DNA from: Klebsiella phage KP13-2
DNA length: 48,789 nucleotides
Sequence record: OP617742.1
Reading direction: 5' to 3' (one strand)
Below the pieces are notes generated by a model. It was given only the letters and a program-made list of their open reading frames with translations. It had not been told where the DNA came from and did not search any database. Made by a program: the position numbers and the translations under genes. Of this stretch, positions 46,501 to 48,789 are shown in pieces; positions within the stretch are counted from its first letter, which is position 1, and each line of letters starts with the position of its first letter.

Positions 46501-47249
46501 TACAACTTGCCGCGCAAGGTGACAACGTTGTTTCTCAAGTTCTGTTTATTGCTGATAGATTCGCTATCATCCGAAATGCGGAGTCTGGAGCGTACACTTT
46601 GCCGTTTGTTGTGCAGAATGACCAGGTTTTCATGAATAACGCGCTCATTCAGGATGGTTCGATTACCAACGCGAAGATCGGCAACCTTATTCAGTCCAAC
46701 AACTATGTTTCAGGTAGTCGAGGATGGTCAATAGACAAAAACGGGAATGCTGAGTTCAGCGGCGTAACTGTAAGGGGGCACATTGAGGCTGATAGCGGTT
46801 CATTTCATGGCACCATCGACGCAACCGACGGGATATTCCGCGGCTCGGTTGAAGCAAATAGTTTTGTGGGAGATATCGCGGCAATGGGGCCATTCCCGAC
46901 GAGAGTTGGGTCGGCATGGAAATCACGCGTCGTGCACCATGATTCAAGTGAAAAAGGAGGGAAAAACTACGCAATTCTCGGACTAATTCGCTGGGATGCT
47001 GGCGACAAGACTGGCTCGGTTATCGTTGAGTGTTATGTTAATGGCGTAAGGGTATCTTCTCAAACGTATAATGGCAGAGATGCAGGGGAATCAACACGTG
47101 CTCGCCTAACTGCTGTAGGTGTTGCGACGGGCATCAACACGAAGGATACTTTGGTTGAGATTGTCGTAAGTGGGACTGGCACCAGCACCCTTGAGGCTGG
47201 TTACTGCATTATGTCTCGAGGCTCCGGATCGTGGAAGGTGGTAGCATAA
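43545..47249 (+). CDS. Tail tip/host specificity protein, lambda gpJ-like
   Basis: 1234 aa; DNLISKDKIKLLLAVSDGEVVNDF..., FNIII-like segments, position after I. Confidence 0.9.
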   Translation: MTNIKARKGGSSKPRTPVEMPDNLISKDKIKLLLAVSDGEVVNDFSLKQLHFGGVPVQNEDGTFNYEGVIAEFRPGTQTQDYIQGFSESSAEFQVAREVTHNTPYTLTVSNKNLSAIRFRLLWPRVLTQKDNGDMVGSVVEYKIEMAVDGASYQTYLTGKIDGKNTTGGYDRSIRVNLPQNFTSQVLIRVSRVTPDADGVKVVDAFRVESYAEVIDAKFRYPLTAMLYVEFDSDLLQNQIPTISLKKKWKIIQVPRNYDPINRTYSGTWDGVFKWAWSNNPAWVLYDLIMNQRYGLDQRELGIPVDKWSLYEVAQYCDELVPDNRGGMEPRYLMDVVVQSQVEAFQLVRDICSAFRGMTFYNGESLSIIVDKPRDPVYLFTADNVVDGVFVRTFPSEKTMYTSCNVMFDDEENQYEQDVEPVFNPDAAMRFGHNPTSITAIGCTRRTEANRRGRWILQTNLSATTVSFSTGLEGMIPSCGDVIYVADPHWQSAFNLVLSGRVMEVSGVQVFLAYRCDAKAGDTLILNTDDGKPVRRTIASVSADGKTLTLNVGFNFDVAPDSVFLIESDQLAAEQYVVTRIEKGSDDDEFTFAITATQYNPNKYDAIDNGVITDSRPTSVVDPDSMGAPKDLTISSFSRIVQGMSVETMVIGWSAVQYAKLYEVQWRKDGGNWNNVPRTATTQVDIEGIYAGEYQARVRCISGGNVASPWSALATATLTGKVGAPKGPINLFASDDEIFGIRVKWAMPEGAEDTAYIELYQSQSGTDQDASLLTLIPYPASEYWHSILPAGYVNFYKARSVDRIGNVSAWTDYARGMSSTDVNAITDVILDEILDSDAMKELHESAQDSAAKLNEYANSIIQNALANDGDVRIMRKENGKRKAEIKRAEVLIANETEARVQQVNQISAEFNENLNAGLTQVNEALANETEARVTSEEALSARIGQNSAALDQKLDSWADVNGVGSMYTMKLGLTYNGQEYNSGMALQLAAQGDNVVSQVLFIADRFAIIRNAESGAYTLPFVVQNDQVFMNNALIQDGSITNAKIGNLIQSNNYVSGSRGWSIDKNGNAEFSGVTVRGHIEADSGSFHGTIDATDGIFRGSVEANSFVGDIAAMGPFPTRVGSAWKSRVVHHDSSEKGGKNYAILGLIRWDAGDKTGSVIVECYVNGVRVSSQTYNGRDAGESTRARLTAVGVATGINTKDTLVEIVVSGTGTSTLEAGYCIMSRGSGSWKVVA

Positions 47250-47347
47250 AGCAATTCACCACCACGCTCTTGGTGATATTATTTTATCAGAGAGAGGGCA
47301 TACATATCGGCGTACAGAAAAGGAAATAGAATAGTAGTCTAGTGACA

Positions 47348-47419
47348 AAAGCGCCCGGCTGGGCGCTTTATTTTAATGTGAATAATAGATGTGGAAAAGG
47401 GGCCGAATGGCCCCTTTTT
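47348..47419. terminator. Two consecutive hairpin terminators between convergent tail genes
   Basis: AAAGCGCCC-GGCT-GGGCGCTTTATTTT and AAAAGGGGCC-GAAT-GGCCCCTTTTTC. Confidence 0.8.
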
Positions 47420-47439
47420 CTTATGTTGTATTGATATAC

Positions 47440-47547
47440 TTATATTTCATATCGCAAAAATGTGATGTTTTTTTCGTCAACTCCTGTTTTTTCGGCCTGC
47501 GCTAACCGTTGCAGGCCATAGCTGGTGTGAATCGTTACATATGCCAT
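47440..47547 (-). CDS. 35-aa micro-ORF of unknown function
   Basis: MAYVTIHTSYGLQRLAQAEKTGVDEKNITFLRYEI read manually; below track cutoff. Confidence 0.35.
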   Translation of the reverse strand: MAYVTIHTSYGLQRLAQAEKTGVDEKNITFLRYEI

Positions 47548-47594
47548 TATTGTGGCCTCATGTTTCGCAATTATCCCCCGCAAAAAGCGGGGCA

Positions 47595-47864
47595 TTATAA
47601 ATAGTTAAAACTATTCTTTAATGCAGTTTCAGCCTGAACCAATAAATTATCTAATCCGTTATGGTTGAAAGAATACGTGATAATTCCCTCACCAATATCA
47701 TCAGATTTTACGCTGAACTGCACTTCCGCAACCCCTGCGTCCACCGAATTCACAATAATGGCCTCATATGTGACGTTCAGTGTTTCACTATTAGCGGATT
47801 TTACTATGCCAAGTTCAGGATAATTCTTAACAACTGAACACTGCTTTGATACTGTAAATGACAT
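47595..47864 (-). CDS. Small hypothetical protein downstream of tailspike
   Basis: MSFTVSKQCSVVKNYPELGIVKSANSETLNVTYEAIIVNSVD; internal Met 47864 preferred over 47939, which overlaps the tailspike end. Confidence 0.6.
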   Translation of the reverse strand: MSFTVSKQCSVVKNYPELGIVKSANSETLNVTYEAIIVNSVDAGVAEVQFSVKSDDIGEGIITYSFNHNGLDNLLVQAETALKNSFNYL

Positions 47865-47874
47865 TTTTTTATCC

Positions 47875-48789
47875 TTACGCGATTGCACGCGAGTAAATTT
47901 TAGCGGTTGTACTACCCTCAGCAACTGAAGAAAAAGCACAAGAATAGTGGTTTAGGATATAAGCAAGGCCAAGACCGCTTATATTCGATCCCTGAATTAT
48001 GTTCATATTTGATAATGAGCATGAATTCAGCGATAGTTTTACCACACCAGCCCGCTGAGCGGGAGACACCAAGAACGGTTTATAAGTGGCGTCACTTCCT
48101 GATATCGTACAGTTATCAAATGAAACCCCACAGTCACCATAAACATAAACCAGAGCGCCAAATGCAATGGCTGCGGCACTTGTTGATGAGGATAGCGTTA
48201 GAGTAATATTCAAATTTTTGAATGAAATCCTTCCGTCCTTAACCCCAACTCCTGATAGCCAGCCAGAATCTTCACCAATAACCAAAGTTGGCTTGGTTGT
48301 TGCATCACCAATAACCTGAATGTCAAAATTCTCAAAAAACCTTCTGTTTGGCCCTAAGCCATCTGAGTAGTATTTAGTTGTTGTTACCGTATTACCAGCA
48401 GCAATATAAATTCTGTTTTTATAATTAGGTTGGCAGCGAAGTAACGCCTCCTGCAATGTCTTAACTGGATAGCTTGAGCTATACCCGTTATAACTGTCAT
48501 TACCTGATTCCGATATGTAAATATCACAATAACCAGAAAACTGAGAGTAACAGTTAAAAATAACCTTGTTAGGGTACTTAATTTTCATCCTGGTTCGCAT
48601 ATCGCCAGCGTGTTTTACAACCAACTTACTGGAGCCAGGACAGTCATATGGGTCAACAGTCTGGCTATAGTAGTTAGTATTGGTCATGTCAATACTTGCC
48701 GAGTTTGCAGGAGACCCTGACAAAAACACCATGCGTGTGGTGGCTGCTGCCCCTTTGTTATTGTAAAAATAACCAGGTGTCATGCTCAT
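47875..48789 (-). CDS. C-terminal part of a beta-helix tailspike/tail fibre, truncated at window edge
   Basis: CDIYISESGNDSYNGYSSSYPVKTLQEALLRC beta-helix onset pattern; long Ser/Thr/Gly repeat coils. The apparent Met at the edge may not be the true start. Confidence 0.8.
   Translation of the reverse strand: MSMTPGYFYNNKGAAATTRMVFLSGSPANSASIDMTNTNYYSQTVDPYDCPGSSKLVVKHAGDMRTRMKIKYPNKVIFNCYSQFSGYCDIYISESGNDSYNGYSSSYPVKTLQEALLRCQPNYKNRIYIAAGNTVTTTKYYSDGLGPNRRFFENFDIQVIGDATTKPTLVIGEDSGWLSGVGVKDGRISFKNLNITLTLSSSTSAAAIAFGALVYVYGDCGVSFDNCTISGSDATYKPFLVSPAQRAGVVKLSLNSCSLSNMNIIQGSNISGLGLAYILNHYSCAFSSVAEGSTTAKIYSRAIA

Noticed and set aside
1-48789. tRNA or rRNA genes
   Set aside because: No convincing cloverleaf or rRNA sequence noticed by eye; tRNAscan-SE would be needed for certainty.

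Overview
This 48.8 kb window looks like most of a tailed (lambda-like siphovirus-type) bacteriophage genome, probably from an enterobacterial host, with no bacterial flanks. Layout: (i) a truncated tailspike at the left edge (minus). (ii) A mostly minus-strand DNA metabolism block: SSB, Erf-type annealase, RecE/DUF3799-like exonuclease, Zn-finger/Toprim primase, small HTH protein. (iii) A plus-strand block: helicase, VRR-NUC nuclease, Dam-type MTase, HTH-metallophosphoesterase, HAD phosphatase, dNMP kinase-like, then a lysis cassette (holin-like, SAR-type endolysin, candidate unimolecular spanin). (iv) Minus-strand accessory genes: DUF3987-like ATPase, cytosine-MTase-like, D12 adenine MTase. 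(v) An array of very small plus-strand genes at 19.6-27.2 kb. (vi) A plus-strand late module: TerS, TerL, DUF1073 portal, MuF, DUF2213, DUF2190/2184 capsid, neck, tail tube, chaperones with a probable -1 frameshift, tape measure, lambda M/L/K/I/J-like proteins. (vii) The 3' part of a beta-helix tailspike (minus) at the right edge. The two most unusual signals are non-coding. First, a dispersed promoter cassette (box TAGCAC(GAA/TTT)TTGYTAAAAC, start of -10 exactly 37 nt downstream in most copies, start codon about 68-82 nt downstream) recurs about 16 times on both strands and often embeds the upstream gene's TAG stop. In several copies a sequence-variable inverted repeat is centred on the -10. 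Second, a 119/120-bp AT-rich element bounded by inverted GTAAGAT sites occurs twice in inverted orientation (3565..3684 and 19235..19353). One copy sits in a GTAAGAT-rich array and the other is flanked by TTTGTGG/CCACAAA repeats. Product calls are from reading motifs and family resemblance; no database search was run.
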